Positions 27,491-37,331 of a stretch of 64,000 nt of DNA are shown here, in pieces. Under the pieces are notes generated by a model. The model made no database searches. It worked only from the letters and a program-made list of their open reading frames with translations, and was not told the DNA's origin. This DNA is from a virus (Duplodnaviria; Caudoviricetes), in IMG/VR virus record IMGVR_UViG_3300033069_001185, positions 1 through 64,000 of that record; one strand, 5' to 3'. A program made the position numbers and the translations under genes. Position 1 is the first letter of the stretch. Each line of letters begins with the position of its first letter.

Positions 27491-27702
27491 GGAATGAGCC
27501 TGATCGTAATCTGATGCGGAATTATGTGGTTTTCCCAATAGTCCTGATACCTATAGAGCTGATCTGAATTACAGGCAGTTCCCATGCATCCAAAATTTTC
27601 CCAATCGGGCAAGCAATCCTCGATTTCGACTTCGAACGAATCGAAAGGCTTCCAAGTACTCAGATATAAACCTAGATATACACCTTCAATACGGGCTTTC
27701 AT
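27487..27702 (-). CDS. N-x-D/YxY family small protein
   Basis: CNSDQLYRYQDYW. Confidence 0.65.
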   Translation of the reverse strand: MKARIEGVYLGLYLSTWKPFDSFEVEIEDCLPDWENFGCMGTACNSDQLYRYQDYWENHIIPHQITIRLIP

Positions 27703-27926
27703 CGGCTGTCTAATTCAAAGAAAATTTCATACAAAGGCCATTGCTGTTTAAGCCAGTCCATGTATTGATATATATAGTCAGTATTGACTGTAGTCGGCCC
27801 GAGGCTTTTCTCTCGAAAAGGATCTTTGTCCAAAACGTCGTCGCTAACACCAAAAACATACTGGGCCTCTCCAACATCGGATATCCCGTTTAATGTCCAG
27901 TGCGCGACGATCCTAATTCTTTTCAT
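27699..27926 (-). CDS. N-x-D/YxY family small protein
   Basis: VNTDYIYQYMDW. Confidence 0.65.
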   Translation of the reverse strand: MKRIRIVAHWTLNGISDVGEAQYVFGVSDDVLDKDPFREKSLGPTTVNTDYIYQYMDWLKQQWPLYEIFFELDSR

Positions 27927-28010
27927 TCTAATTCTTCGATTGTCAGATTTAGATTTAGTGAAGGCAATTGGGATCGAAAACTGAATGCCAAGTTATGGCT
28001 GCTTCGTATG

Positions 28011-28163
28011 TCATAGTTCGGTGATGTCTATTATCTTCAGATTTTTAGGTTGCTTGACACCATTCAGTTTCGAAAAGGTTTTGATAATATATCTCAAAAC
28101 GCTTTCGAAGAAAAGATAATCGTTTCCTTCCCATTCTATTTTAACAATCTTGGTCTGTTTCAT
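28011..28163 (-). CDS. 50-aa protein, duplicate of 27006-27158
   Basis: identical first 13 residues and similar C-terminus. Confidence 0.7.
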   Translation of the reverse strand: MKQTKIVKIEWEGNDYLFFESVLRYIIKTFSKLNGVKQPKNLKIIDITEL

Positions 28164-28204
28164 GTTTAATTTTATCGAGGGTAGAAAAAAATACCAAGCC
28201 TCTT

Positions 28205-29329
28205 TCATTTGCCAAAACCGATCACTGCCGTCTTCTTTGGTTTAACTCCCGTTACTACCTCTGTTTTTTCCTTAGATAGCAGATAAACTTCGGCAAGGGT
28301 ATAGCTCTTTGAAGGCTCGGGTAGTTTTTGTCCGGGGCATAGCCGATCCAACACAGCCTGTGACTGTTCCGGAGACAGTCCAACGACTTCCATATGGGCA
28401 GATAGACGACCGGGACGCATGAGCGCTTTATCAATGTCCATGAATGTCGCATTCGTGGTTGCAACGATACGAATGTCAAGCAGACTGCCCAAAATACCGT
28501 CGCAAAGATTCAGTACGGTCGAAATAGCAGACATATTGCCGTTTTCACGGTTGACCAAAGTCTCGTCGGCATCTTCAATGATAAAGACCAAAGGCATTTT
28601 TGCTCCTTTGTCCCTTCTGAGGCCGATCATGGTGGGAATGACCTCGGGATTGGTCAGTTGCTGAATCATTGCGGCTGGGATTACGCAGAAAATGGCATTT
28701 TGGGTTTGACTCAGCAGGCCTTTGATCAGGAAAGTTTTCCCAGTACCAGCCGGACCGTTAATGATTGATAGTCTGCCGGTAGGATTGGCAGAACCCAAGT
28801 CCCTTACGATTTTTTTATAGCCTTCAATCACTTCTGGGGAGTAATTCTCTGCAATGATTTTTTGACCAGAAAGACCCATGGGGGTGAAACTCAGGCCACT
28901 GTCTGAGGCTGTCAGAACATAAACAGTTCCAGTGGGAGGTACGGTTCCCAACGAATCCATTATCTTGTTTACTTCTTCGCTGAAATTTTTATCAATAGAT
29001 GCAAACCGAATCGCAATATCACGCCAAGCAGAAACCTGTACATAGCCTCCGTCGAGTGCCCAAGAAGCACCGTCCTTCCTAAGCTCAATAGCCCTGCCTC
29101 CATACTTTTCCACCAGTTCTTGGACCCGGCTGCACGTCTCTGTAAAGTCCGCAATGCCTTCTTTTCTTCCGCTCATTACGGGTCCTGAGTTGCCCATCAC
29201 GGCATCGTAAGTAAGGGAAAGTTCTGCCCAATTAAGATCAACGGTGCTGTCAGTCTGCCCAAACGGGAGTTGTTTAATATGCTTTGCCCAAGAAACTGCC
29301 TTCAGGTCCTTCGGATCTGGGGTACTCAT
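28205..29329 (-). CDS. AAA+ ATPase
   Basis: GPAGTGKT, IIEDAD, LN..DG, TTN, D.AL.RPGRL. Confidence 0.9.
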   Translation of the reverse strand: MSTPDPKDLKAVSWAKHIKQLPFGQTDSTVDLNWAELSLTYDAVMGNSGPVMSGRKEGIADFTETCSRVQELVEKYGGRAIELRKDGASWALDGGYVQVSAWRDIAIRFASIDKNFSEEVNKIMDSLGTVPPTGTVYVLTASDSGLSFTPMGLSGQKIIAENYSPEVIEGYKKIVRDLGSANPTGRLSIINGPAGTGKTFLIKGLLSQTQNAIFCVIPAAMIQQLTNPEVIPTMIGLRRDKGAKMPLVFIIEDADETLVNRENGNMSAISTVLNLCDGILGSLLDIRIVATTNATFMDIDKALMRPGRLSAHMEVVGLSPEQSQAVLDRLCPGQKLPEPSKSYTLAEVYLLSKEKTEVVTGVKPKKTAVIGFGK

Positions 29330-29417
29330 TTATTTCCTCGAATCAGTGCTGGAAAACATCAGGTACATAAGCAGAAAAATGATACAAACGACGAAAATCT
29401 CTTCTAAAAGTTCCATA

Positions 29418-29687
29418 CTAGATCTGAATGGTTTTAACAAAGTCGCTAATTTTGTCTTTAAATCCCCGAAGCTCATTCAGCCCTCTGTCGGTCAAGACTA
29501 TAAACCCGGACCGATCCCGACAAAGCATTTCGTAAGAAATGAGCTTATCGATAAAAGCGAGGGCTACGCGATAGTCAAAGGTTTTGTCTTGGTTTTTTGA
29601 TACAGCCTGATATGCGATATCATTTTTAAGTAGGCCCAAATCCACTCTTGTGCTGCTTAGGATAAGGGCTTCTTGGTAGGAAATCAT
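29418..29687 (-). CDS. hypothetical protein, possibly winged helix
   Basis: LTDRG pattern. Confidence 0.45.
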   Translation of the reverse strand: MISYQEALILSSTRVDLGLLKNDIAYQAVSKNQDKTFDYRVALAFIDKLISYEMLCRDRSGFIVLTDRGLNELRGFKDKISDFVKTIQI

Positions 29688-29688
29688 A

Positions 29689-30183
29689 TCAATGTCGTAT
29701 AGCGTCTATCGTGGAAAATATATTATCTCTATGCCAGTTCGCGTGTTGAATGTCAACTCCGGGATCGGCGGGTAGATAGGGTGTACATTTCTGTACAATG
29801 TGCGCAAGTTCGTGAGCCAATGTACCGTCATTGGGGTACTGATTATTGACGAATACCAGTTTTTCCAAGCACCCGGATTCACCGGCTACGTCTACTCCGG
29901 CGTAGTTTTTCCAACTAAAAGTAGGGTGAACCCAAATGCTGTTTCCTTCGAATGCTTGACACAGCTTCCGCTCGCTCGAAAATCGATCGTCCGTGACTTT
30001 TTCCGAAAACATTTGAATGATTCGGTTTTCGGTCCACTGGACAAGTTCTTCTGTCCAGCCAGCAACAGGCATTCCGGTATTCAGTTCTCCTTGAAAAATG
30101 AGACCACATCGGGTCTCAAATTTGCCCCTGTTTACCGGCTGACATCCACACAACAGCAACAAAACAAGGGCAAGGTTTTTCAT
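29689..30183 (-). CDS. putative lipoprotein metallopeptidase
   Basis: LLLLCGC lipobox-like; LAHELAH. Confidence 0.6.
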   Translation of the reverse strand: MKNLALVLLLLCGCQPVNRGKFETRCGLIFQGELNTGMPVAGWTEELVQWTENRIIQMFSEKVTDDRFSSERKLCQAFEGNSIWVHPTFSWKNYAGVDVAGESGCLEKLVFVNNQYPNDGTLAHELAHIVQKCTPYLPADPGVDIQHANWHRDNIFSTIDAIRH

Positions 30184-30425
30184 GGAATCCGTTCCTTGGA
30201 AGCTAGCAAAAAGTTGAGGGCAAGGTCGATTGTGGGTCCGCCCTTGACCAAGGTAAGCTTGCCATTGATATCGGAAGTATGGATACCAACTGCGTGCTCT
30301 CCGTTCCGTGGATCGCCAACCAAAATGCGGACCGGCTGGCCTACTAGCTGTTCGGCAATCTTTCGGGCTTGGGTTTTCGAGTTAGTGACAAGGGGCTTGT
30401 GCGTTGCTTTGACTGAAGAGTTCAT
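30180..30425 (-). CDS. hypothetical protein
   Basis: AAGGA RBS, coupled. Confidence 0.55.
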   Translation of the reverse strand: MNSSVKATHKPLVTNSKTQARKIAEQLVGQPVRILVGDPRNGEHAVGIHTSDINGKLTLVKGGPTIDLALNFLLASKERIP

Positions 30426-31144
30426 TTCGTTCCTTTGTTTGGTGTGGTTTTCCATACTACGTTGTGATTTGGAGCTGGTATGTATATGTAGCCGCTGGTA
30501 ACTGTTGTGACTGGTTCGCTTATTGCTAGTTTTGGCGGTCGATTTTCGTTAGTAATAGATCGGCAAAGGTTACGCCAGAATTCACCCTGCCGCTCCTCGC
30601 AAAGCTCATATCCTTTGCTGTAATACTTCAGGATGCGCTCAAAACTCATCTTACTTAGGTTTCGATAGTGGCAAAACCGTAGCTGCTTTTTGGAAATATC
30701 GTTTTCTGTAAATTCATCGTAATGTAAAAAATATTTGTCGTTTTGTTTTGTTACAGCAGTCCTGCAACAAGCAAAGTCAAATTGACTAAGAACTGAATTG
30801 ACGCCTTCGATGCTTTTATTGTAAATGATCTGAATCGGTGTGGTATCGCCACTGAATGTCTTGACAAATCCCTCGCCAAGTTGTCTTGGGTGACCGGGTT
30901 TTAACCCCATATATTCAGCAATATAGCTGACTTCACGTACTTGTTCTTCATTGTTACAATACACATCAATATCATTAAAACAATGATACTTGTCAAAATA
31001 CTGAATACACGATCCTCCAGCAATAATGGTATTTGGAACCTCTAGCAATGCTTTATGGGCATAGCTGACATTATCAAATTGGCAGTATTTAAACGTCAGA
31101 TCTTTGTTTGTTTCGAACGATAGCAGTTGATATTTTTCACTCAT
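30422..31144 (-). CDS. nucleotidyltransferase (CCA-adding/poly(A) polymerase head-like)
   Basis: IAGG...DIDVY, FDF, R..KY..KGY. Confidence 0.75.
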   Translation of the reverse strand: MSEKYQLLSFETNKDLTFKYCQFDNVSYAHKALLEVPNTIIAGGSCIQYFDKYHCFNDIDVYCNNEEQVREVSYIAEYMGLKPGHPRQLGEGFVKTFSGDTTPIQIIYNKSIEGVNSVLSQFDFACCRTAVTKQNDKYFLHYDEFTENDISKKQLRFCHYRNLSKMSFERILKYYSKGYELCEERQGEFWRNLCRSITNENRPPKLAISEPVTTVTSGYIYIPAPNHNVVWKTTPNKGTK

Positions 31145-31641
31145 CTCACCAACCTCAAATAATCTTCGAAATTAACTTCGATGTGGCTTTTCAAACCATC
31201 CAAACTGTCGATTGTAATGTTTGGTTGATCGTCTGCTGAGCTGGTGATTGCTACCCAACGGCCTGATTTAGTTTGGTAAGCCCATGTTCGGTTGAACTTT
31301 GCATTTTCAAAGTTTGCACCAGTCAGGTATGCATTTTCAAGGTTTGCATTAGTCAGGTTTGCACCAGTCAGGTTTGCATCAGTCAGTTTTGCACCAGTCA
31401 GGTATGCATTTTCAAGGTTTGCATTAGTCAGGTTTGCACCAGTCAGGTTTGCATAAGACAGTTTTGCATAAGTCAGTTTTGCATGAGTCAGGTATGCACC
31501 AGACAGTTTTGCTCTAGATATGTTTGCACCAGTCAGATCCATATTGCTAAAAACAGCCTGTTTGCCTTTCTTTGGATCTTTCAACCATTCAGCATGGTTT
31601 TTGATGATCTCGTTGATTTCAGTTTGAGTTGGTTTGTGCAT
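31141..31641 (-). CDS. pentapeptide-repeat protein, member 5
   Basis: regular A[NKY]L[TE]x repeats; VNFEDY tail. Confidence 0.92.
   Translation of the reverse strand: MHKPTQTEINEIIKNHAEWLKDPKKGKQAVFSNMDLTGANISRAKLSGAYLTHAKLTYAKLSYANLTGANLTNANLENAYLTGAKLTDANLTGANLTNANLENAYLTGANFENAKFNRTWAYQTKSGRWVAITSSADDQPNITIDSLDGLKSHIEVNFEDYLRLVR
31295..31540. repeat. 15-bp tandem repeat encoding pentapeptides
   Basis: units like GCACCAGTCAGGTTT / GCATTAGTCAGGTTT. Confidence 0.85.
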
Positions 31642-31648
31642 GGATTGT

Positions 31649-32113
31649 TTATAGCAAACTGCGAATCTTCATTTTGCGCAACCTACGTTTATCACGTTTG
31701 GTGGTCTTTGGACCAGAATACTGCTCTTTCGCTCTTTTTGCCAACTTGTCGGCAATTTCGTTCAAGAGATCTCCGTTGTGGCCCCGAACCCAACGGCTTT
31801 TGGCTCTGGCAATCTTGAACAGTTGCTTGATTTCTGCTGCTAGCTCTAGGTTTTTGTTGGGGGTAAACTGACCAGAAGCCATTCCCAAAGCGTATTGGCT
31901 ATCCGAAACCAATTCGACTTCGACATCTTTTCTATCAATAACGGCCTTCAGCCCTTCAATGCATGCCGTAAGTTCTGCGATATTGTTAGTACCGATAGGA
32001 GCACCTCCGGAACCAGTAGCGATAATGAGACCGTTCTCCACCAGAATGTAGGCCCAGCCAATCGCTCCAGAAGAGCTGCCGTCGGAGCTACCATCTGCGT
32101 AAATCGAAATCAA
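31649..32113 (-). CDS. rnhA: ribonuclease HI
   Basis: YADGS, TNN.AEL, SDSQY, WVRGH, NE.AD.LA. Confidence 0.93.
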   Translation of the reverse strand: MISIYADGSSDGSSSGAIGWAYILVENGLIIATGSGGAPIGTNNIAELTACIEGLKAVIDRKDVEVELVSDSQYALGMASGQFTPNKNLELAAEIKQLFKIARAKSRWVRGHNGDLLNEIADKLAKRAKEQYSGPKTTKRDKRRLRKMKIRSLL

Positions 32114-32553
32114 TTCATGTATCCAGTAGGCTTGGTCGGAGCCCTTGTGGGTTGCTTCTCTGCATCTTTTTGATATCCGGCATTTTCAAACAAGTGTCGG
32201 AGTTTTCCTTGAATAGCCAAAATCTTGTCAGCCGCCCATTTTGTCTCTGACTCCGGATCGTCTTTCGAAATGGCCAGATTGGTAGAATACAGCTTGACAT
32301 AGATATTGTACATTTCAGGACTGAAAAACAATGTACCGGTCTTGGCAGACTTTGACTGCAACTCATTCTTTGCCAAAATGAAGATCTCGTCAGCCACTTC
32401 CAAACGGTCATGAGCAGTCAGTACGCGAAGTACCATGTCTTCCTTGTCGTCAGTGCCGTGGATCTGGTCGCGAACAATAATGGCAAAAAGATAGCGGTTA
32501 TAAGTCCGCGCATCGTCGATGTCTTCAATTGATACAGATATGGTTCGGTTCAT
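32110..32553 (-). CDS. hypothetical protein
   Basis: GAGGA RBS before MNRTIS. Confidence 0.6.
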   Translation of the reverse strand: MNRTISVSIEDIDDARTYNRYLFAIIVRDQIHGTDDKEDMVLRVLTAHDRLEVADEIFILAKNELQSKSAKTGTLFFSPEMYNIYVKLYSTNLAISKDDPESETKWAADKILAIQGKLRHLFENAGYQKDAEKQPTRAPTKPTGYMN

Positions 32554-32770
32554 TCCAGTCCTCATTGATAAGAATTTCACAGAAAAAGACACCGTTATAG
32601 TACACGATATCCCCCGGCATTCCACCCTCTTTCAAAATAAAACTCGTTACTTCTTGGATCGTGGTTGCATCTGAACCGCATTCAAAGATTTTGCCGTCTT
32701 GGTTATTGATATACTTGACGGTCAGAACGTCTTTGCCTTCCACAATCCACTCTGCATTCGGTTTGTTCAT
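32525..32770 (-). CDS. hypothetical protein, probably leaderless
   Basis: ATG 7 nt after -10. Confidence 0.6.
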   Translation of the reverse strand: MNKPNAEWIVEGKDVLTVKYINNQDGKIFECGSDATTIQEVTSFILKEGGMPGDIVYYNGVFFCEILINEDWNEPNHICIN

Positions 32771-32777
32771 GTTTCAG

Positions 32778-32807
32778 AGACTATCAATATCTACTGACTC
32801 CTGTCAA
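32778..32807 (-). promoter_or_regulatory. sigma70-type early promoter
   Basis: TTGACA-18-TAGTCT with TG. Confidence 0.6.
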
Positions 32808-32874
32808 CCTGAAAAGATCGTCGAGGTTCAAATACACTTCTCACCTACGGCTTCTTTGGTGGTTAGCTTCTTCA

Positions 32875-33612
32875 TTAGATATCGACAAGGACTCTTTTCC
32901 AGAAGTCTTTGTTCTCATTTTCCCGTTTGTAGCCCATTGGGTTTGCTAGAACATGTGTGCCAGCATTGTCATAGTCACAGGCCGTATGGGTATGGCCATG
33001 GAGCCAGTTCTTCGGATGCTCGGTCATGCTTGTTGCACAGTTGTCATAGAAAAAACAATTCAAATTGCTTCCACGGTGCTTTGGAGCAACGCTTTTGATA
33101 AACGGAAGATGATGGCTGATTACTGTAGTCTCCGGAGTGATCTTAGGCAATAGGTCCTTCTTGAATCTTTCGTTCAATCGATAGGCAGTGGTTTGAATAT
33201 CGTCCACATGGATATAATCGGTAAATCGAGTCAGCCAGTACAGTTCGGTGTCGGGCCGAGGAAACCACAACGTACCTCCAAGAAAATGTTTGCCTTGGAC
33301 TGTTTTTTCTGTATTGTTAAGTAAATGTACGTTTTTATAACCTATTGATTCAAATGTTTTGGTCGCCAGTTCGATGCTAGTAGCATAGGATTCATGGTTG
33401 CCGAACACATATAAAACGTCTTTGTACATACCAGCAAACCGATCCATTTGCTTCTTGGCTCGTACTTGATGTTCGGCAGACCAGTTAGTAATGTCACCAG
33501 CAAGTACCAGCAAATCAACCTTTGGTTGGTGACCTAGCTTATAGAAAAACTGATCAACATCTTCGTTTAATAGGTGTTCGAAGTGCAAGTCACTACATAG
33601 ATGGATTTTCAT
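32875..33612 (-). CDS. calcineurin-like metallophosphoesterase
   Basis: SDLH, AGDI, GNHE, HHLP, HGHTH. Confidence 0.92.
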   Translation of the reverse strand: MKIHLCSDLHFEHLLNEDVDQFFYKLGHQPKVDLLVLAGDITNWSAEHQVRAKKQMDRFAGMYKDVLYVFGNHESYATSIELATKTFESIGYKNVHLLNNTEKTVQGKHFLGGTLWFPRPDTELYWLTRFTDYIHVDDIQTTAYRLNERFKKDLLPKITPETTVISHHLPFIKSVAPKHRGSNLNCFFYDNCATSMTEHPKNWLHGHTHTACDYDNAGTHVLANPMGYKRENENKDFWKRVLVDI

Positions 33613-33854
33613 GGTAGCGTTTGTTCCGGAGGAGCGATTTTGTTAGATTCAAGGGTCTTCACAACAGCTTCTAGTCCGATGGAATCAACAAGGCTTTCGA
33701 AATCACTCTTTGAATTCAGGAGATAAATGCAGGCGGCTTCAGGGCCTGAACGAGAAGCATCGAAAAACCCACGGGTGTAAGCTTCCGCCTCGGCTTCTGT
33801 ATCAAAACGTTCAACAGAGAAATCAGACACATGAACAATGAAAAGAACGTACAT
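33609..33854 (-). CDS. hypothetical protein
   Basis: first gene after promoter 33895-33924. Confidence 0.55.
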   Translation of the reverse strand: MYVLFIVHVSDFSVERFDTEAEAEAYTRGFFDASRSGPEAACIYLLNSKSDFESLVDSIGLEAVVKTLESNKIAPPEQTLP

Positions 33855-33894
33855 AACATTAATCTCCTTGGTAAGACAGTCTTTTAGATTGAGT

Positions 33895-33924
33895 ATGGTA
33901 TCATACTTATCAATACTGTGTCAA
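33895..33924 (-). promoter_or_regulatory. sigma70-type early promoter
   Basis: TTGACA-18-TACCAT with TG. Confidence 0.65.
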
Positions 33925-33946
33925 CTCTTCAAAAGGAATATATCAA

Positions 33947-34327
33947 ATGAATACCAAGAGCTTTACTGTTGATGTAAAAGGATCTGTTACTGGGGAAACC
34001 TACAAAGGCTTGTTCAAGGTGAAACCTCTTTTATCACACAAAGACAAGCTTCGTCGTGACGAAATTCGCAGATCTTTGCTAGGAGAGAAAGCCACTGACG
34101 CCAGCGAGAATGCGCAAACTATGGCCAGCATTTTTAGCAAAATCTACATCCACGTTATAGACGCACCGTCATGGTGGACCAATGCAGATAACGGTTCAGA
34201 CCTATTAGACGAAGAACCTGTACAACAGGTATTGACCGAAATCCTGAAAATTGAATCAGATCAGATTGAATCAGTCAAGAAACAGGGCGAAGAAGCCAAA
34301 AAGGTCTTAGCTACCGAAGAGAAGTAA
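33947..34327 (+). CDS. putative tail assembly chaperone
   Basis: Y.G.F.VK and DAP.WW; two genes before tape measure. Confidence 0.6.
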   Translation: MNTKSFTVDVKGSVTGETYKGLFKVKPLLSHKDKLRRDEIRRSLLGEKATDASENAQTMASIFSKIYIHVIDAPSWWTNADNGSDLLDEEPVQQVLTEILKIESDQIESVKKQGEEAKKVLATEEK

Positions 34328-34329
34328 AC

Positions 34330-34836
34330 GTGAATTACTACGAAGCCCTCAGACTGAGGGCTATGCGGTCCGTTTTGAAGCCGGACTCAGACTATCAAAT
34401 CCGTAATGTACTTCGATGGTATAGCAAAACATACCATACTCCCCTACATTTTGTCGAAACTCTACCATTAGAGGTCATTTTTACGGCCTTCTATGAAGAA
34501 CAATACGAGAAAATGTCTGAGGAAGACCGTGAAGCTGAATTGCAAGCTTTGCTAGAAACCGACGAACAAAGAATCGCCAGAGAGAAGCGAAAAGACGAGG
34601 AAGAGGCTTCTGAGTATGAGTTCTTCAACCTGACAGCCAAAGCTTCCGCCGAAAAGAAATCCCCAGCAAAAGACGTTATATCAAAAATTCCGGATAGGTT
34701 TGACCAACTATCACAGTCTCTCAAAGACTTCAATGATAAACTAGAGGCTTTAGATCCCAAACCTCCTCCAGAGATTGATATGAAGTTCGTTTCCGAGTCG
34801 GAATTCGAAGATTTACTCAAGGGGAAGCCAGAGTAA
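34330..34836 (+). CDS. putative second tail chaperone
   Basis: position before tape measure; acidic. Confidence 0.5.
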   Translation: MNYYEALRLRAMRSVLKPDSDYQIRNVLRWYSKTYHTPLHFVETLPLEVIFTAFYEEQYEKMSEEDREAELQALLETDEQRIAREKRKDEEEASEYEFFNLTAKASAEKKSPAKDVISKIPDRFDQLSQSLKDFNDKLEALDPKPPPEIDMKFVSESEFEDLLKGKPE

Positions 34837-34847
34837 TCTCTATATCA
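34834..34847 (+). promoter_or_regulatory. putative late promoter
   Basis: TAATCT-N6-CA overlapping stop. Confidence 0.7.
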
Positions 34848-34872
34848 ATACCCCCACACTTAGTCGGTGCCT

Positions 34873-37329
34873 ATGTCAGACGAGAATGGCAAAACAATTA
34901 AATTCAAATTCGAGATTGATCAACAATCGTTCAATTCCGTCAAGCAGGCCATTGAGTCGCTAGGACAGAGTTTTAGCAAAATCAATGCCGCTGCTGGTGG
35001 ATTGATGGGTGGTGGTGGGCTTGCCAATATCTCTGTTGGCGGACAAAGCCCCGGAAAACAACAATTAGTGCAAGCTGCGGCTGCCAAGACCCAAGGATCT
35101 TCACAGGTCTCTGGTCCAAGCATGACTAAAGTCATTCTGGACAACGCCTCAGCCTTCAAGAAATTCGCTGCCGAGGGTAAAGAATCTTCAAAGATAATGA
35201 CTGACGCTTTGAAGCGTGACTTGACAGAACAGGAACGTTCATTAGATGAGCTGCAACTCAAACTGAAAAACCTTTCTGAGGAATATCAGGCAGCTACGAA
35301 AGCCCAAAAGGACTTTCTCAATGCCGGAAAGACCGGACAAGCTGCGGCCATGGGTGCCCACGCTACTAACATTTCCAACCAAATCTCCGCAACCTCAGGC
35401 CAAGTCCTCCAGACCAATAATCAACTAGCAAACGCCCAACAGCTTATTGGTGGTGGTTTCGGCGGTTTCATGCAGGCGGTGGGTTACGGTGGCTCTGGCT
35501 TTGGTGGCGGATATTTGGGAGCCCTAAGAGGTCTTGGCACTTCCGCTGCCGGTGCCTTTATGGTTGCCAATTTTGCAGCAGATCAAAGTCTTGCCGGGGA
35601 ACGGTCAATCAATACTGCCGGTGCTCAAAGGGGGGACCTGATTCGTAATTCCATGCGCAAGCTGGTTGCTGGGGATTACAAAGATCTTTTCTTCGCAGAC
35701 GGCGATCCCGAATTCAAAAAGCTTTTCAAGAAAGAAGCAACGAAAGGCGTCGATTACGCTAAGGAAATCAGCCTCAAAAATGCGGTACTGTCTGCCATAG
35801 CGCCTCCGTTGGCGTTAGGTGGTTTGGCGGGACAGTTTAAAGAGAGTTATGATAGTGGAAACCTAGCGAGAGACTTCAAGGGATTGGGTCGAGGCCTAGG
35901 TCAGCTTGCGGGTGAAGTGCCGATCTTGGGATCTCTTTTACGGGCTGGCGGTATTGTTGGGCCAGACGTAGGCGGTGGAGCTTTTGGAGGATTTACGACG
36001 GCTGCTCAGGCGGATGCACAAACCGCTCAGGCACAGGCAACTATCGATAATAATAGAAGAGCACAAGTTCTGGCGGAAATGTCAATAGACAAGTATCAAG
36101 GGCAAAGGGGCCTTTCGATGCAGGCGCAAAGAATCATGGGAATGTCTGGGTTTGGACTAGACAAACACGGTATGCCAATCAACAGCGTCGCAAGGCTGGA
36201 CGACAAGCTCATGGCTCAGGGCTATAATACGTCCGAATTAATATCTGCAACCTCTCAACTGATTGGCGGTGGTGGCCGAAAATTTGCTAGCCAAAACGCT
36301 TATCAATTAATGGCAGCGGCTGCCAGCGGGCTCGGTGGTTTCGGAGAACTTCTAGGCTCAAGCGCCCGTTCCGGAGCCGGGACTAGTCTTGCTTATGGGG
36401 CTCTTGGTGGTAAAATAGGAGATCAGGCAGGCGTAGCATTAGGTAGCGCGATCGCTCAAGGTGGTTTTGATCCCAGAGGTACGACAAGTGGTCTTGGAGT
36501 TCTCGCCGCAGTCCAGTCTGGGTTCTCTTTCGACGGACAGGCTACCGATTTCAATCAAGTACAGAGAATTCAGCAAGGATTAAGGGTTGGAGACGCCATA
36601 ACTGGTGGATCTCTCGACGGATATCAAAGAGGCAGAAACGTTGTAGGTGCCCAGCGCGTTCTGGGAGGAGGAGCTTCTACCTACGCCATTGACTATCTAG
36701 CAAATGGTATGACGATGAAGCAACGACTCGACGCTTCTCGTGGAGAGTTGACGAATTCAGCAAAAGCTATCGGCCTAACGTCAGACCAAATCAAAGCGGC
36801 GACTTCAGATCAATTAGGCTCGGTTCTAGATAGGTTTTTTGTTCAGAACACAAATGACCCGGCATCCAGAGCGGTAGCCAAATTCAGGGCCTCCGGGAAA
36901 AGCCTAGACGAATTTGTAAAAGGAGCTAATTCCGAAGATAAGTCGGCGCTTATGGGGGCCTACAATTTTGCCATGGGAGGTAAAGAAGAAGAAGGAGTTG
37001 CCGGTCTGTTCGGTCTAGCCGAGGGGTTTGGAGCCAAGGATTTTAAAAAGGGCGGTGTGGGTAGAAAACTCACCGGCCTAGAAGCGGACGATGCCCAAGC
37101 TCAAGCAGAGAAGCAAAAACGTATAACGGCGGAAATGGAACGTAATTTTGGGAAATTGAGTGAAAAGGTAGCTGCATCTACTGGATCTTTTGATAAGCTC
37201 AATACATTCTCTGAAAACTTAGGGGCAAGCGCCGAAGATTTTATAAAAGCAATGAAAGACACAACTACCGTAATGAAGACATTTGTAGATAAGGTCGGCG
37301 CTCAGGTAGGGTTCAAGAGGACGCCATAA
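34873..37329 (+). CDS. tape measure protein
   Basis: Ala/Gly-rich helical protein between chaperones and hub. Confidence 0.75.
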   Translation: MSDENGKTIKFKFEIDQQSFNSVKQAIESLGQSFSKINAAAGGLMGGGGLANISVGGQSPGKQQLVQAAAAKTQGSSQVSGPSMTKVILDNASAFKKFAAEGKESSKIMTDALKRDLTEQERSLDELQLKLKNLSEEYQAATKAQKDFLNAGKTGQAAAMGAHATNISNQISATSGQVLQTNNQLANAQQLIGGGFGGFMQAVGYGGSGFGGGYLGALRGLGTSAAGAFMVANFAADQSLAGERSINTAGAQRGDLIRNSMRKLVAGDYKDLFFADGDPEFKKLFKKEATKGVDYAKEISLKNAVLSAIAPPLALGGLAGQFKESYDSGNLARDFKGLGRGLGQLAGEVPILGSLLRAGGIVGPDVGGGAFGGFTTAAQADAQTAQAQATIDNNRRAQVLAEMSIDKYQGQRGLSMQAQRIMGMSGFGLDKHGMPINSVARLDDKLMAQGYNTSELISATSQLIGGGGRKFASQNAYQLMAAAASGLGGFGELLGSSARSGAGTSLAYGALGGKIGDQAGVALGSAIAQGGFDPRGTTSGLGVLAAVQSGFSFDGQATDFNQVQRIQQGLRVGDAITGGSLDGYQRGRNVVGAQRVLGGGASTYAIDYLANGMTMKQRLDASRGELTNSAKAIGLTSDQIKAATSDQLGSVLDRFFVQNTNDPASRAVAKFRASGKSLDEFVKGANSEDKSALMGAYNFAMGGKEEEGVAGLFGLAEGFGAKDFKKGGVGRKLTGLEADDAQAQAEKQKRITAEMERNFGKLSEKVAASTGSFDKLNTFSENLGASAEDFIKAMKDTTTVMKTFVDKVGAQVGFKRTP

Positions 37330-37331
37330 AA

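Noticed and set aside
26534-28163. Diversity-generating retroelement
   Set aside because: No reverse transcriptase in window; differences between duplicates are not adenine-specific
31295-31540. CRISPR array
   Set aside because: 15-bp in-frame coding repeats without spacers
33947-34836. Programmed frameshift between tail chaperones
   Set aside because: No clear slippery heptamer; second ORF has its own GTG start
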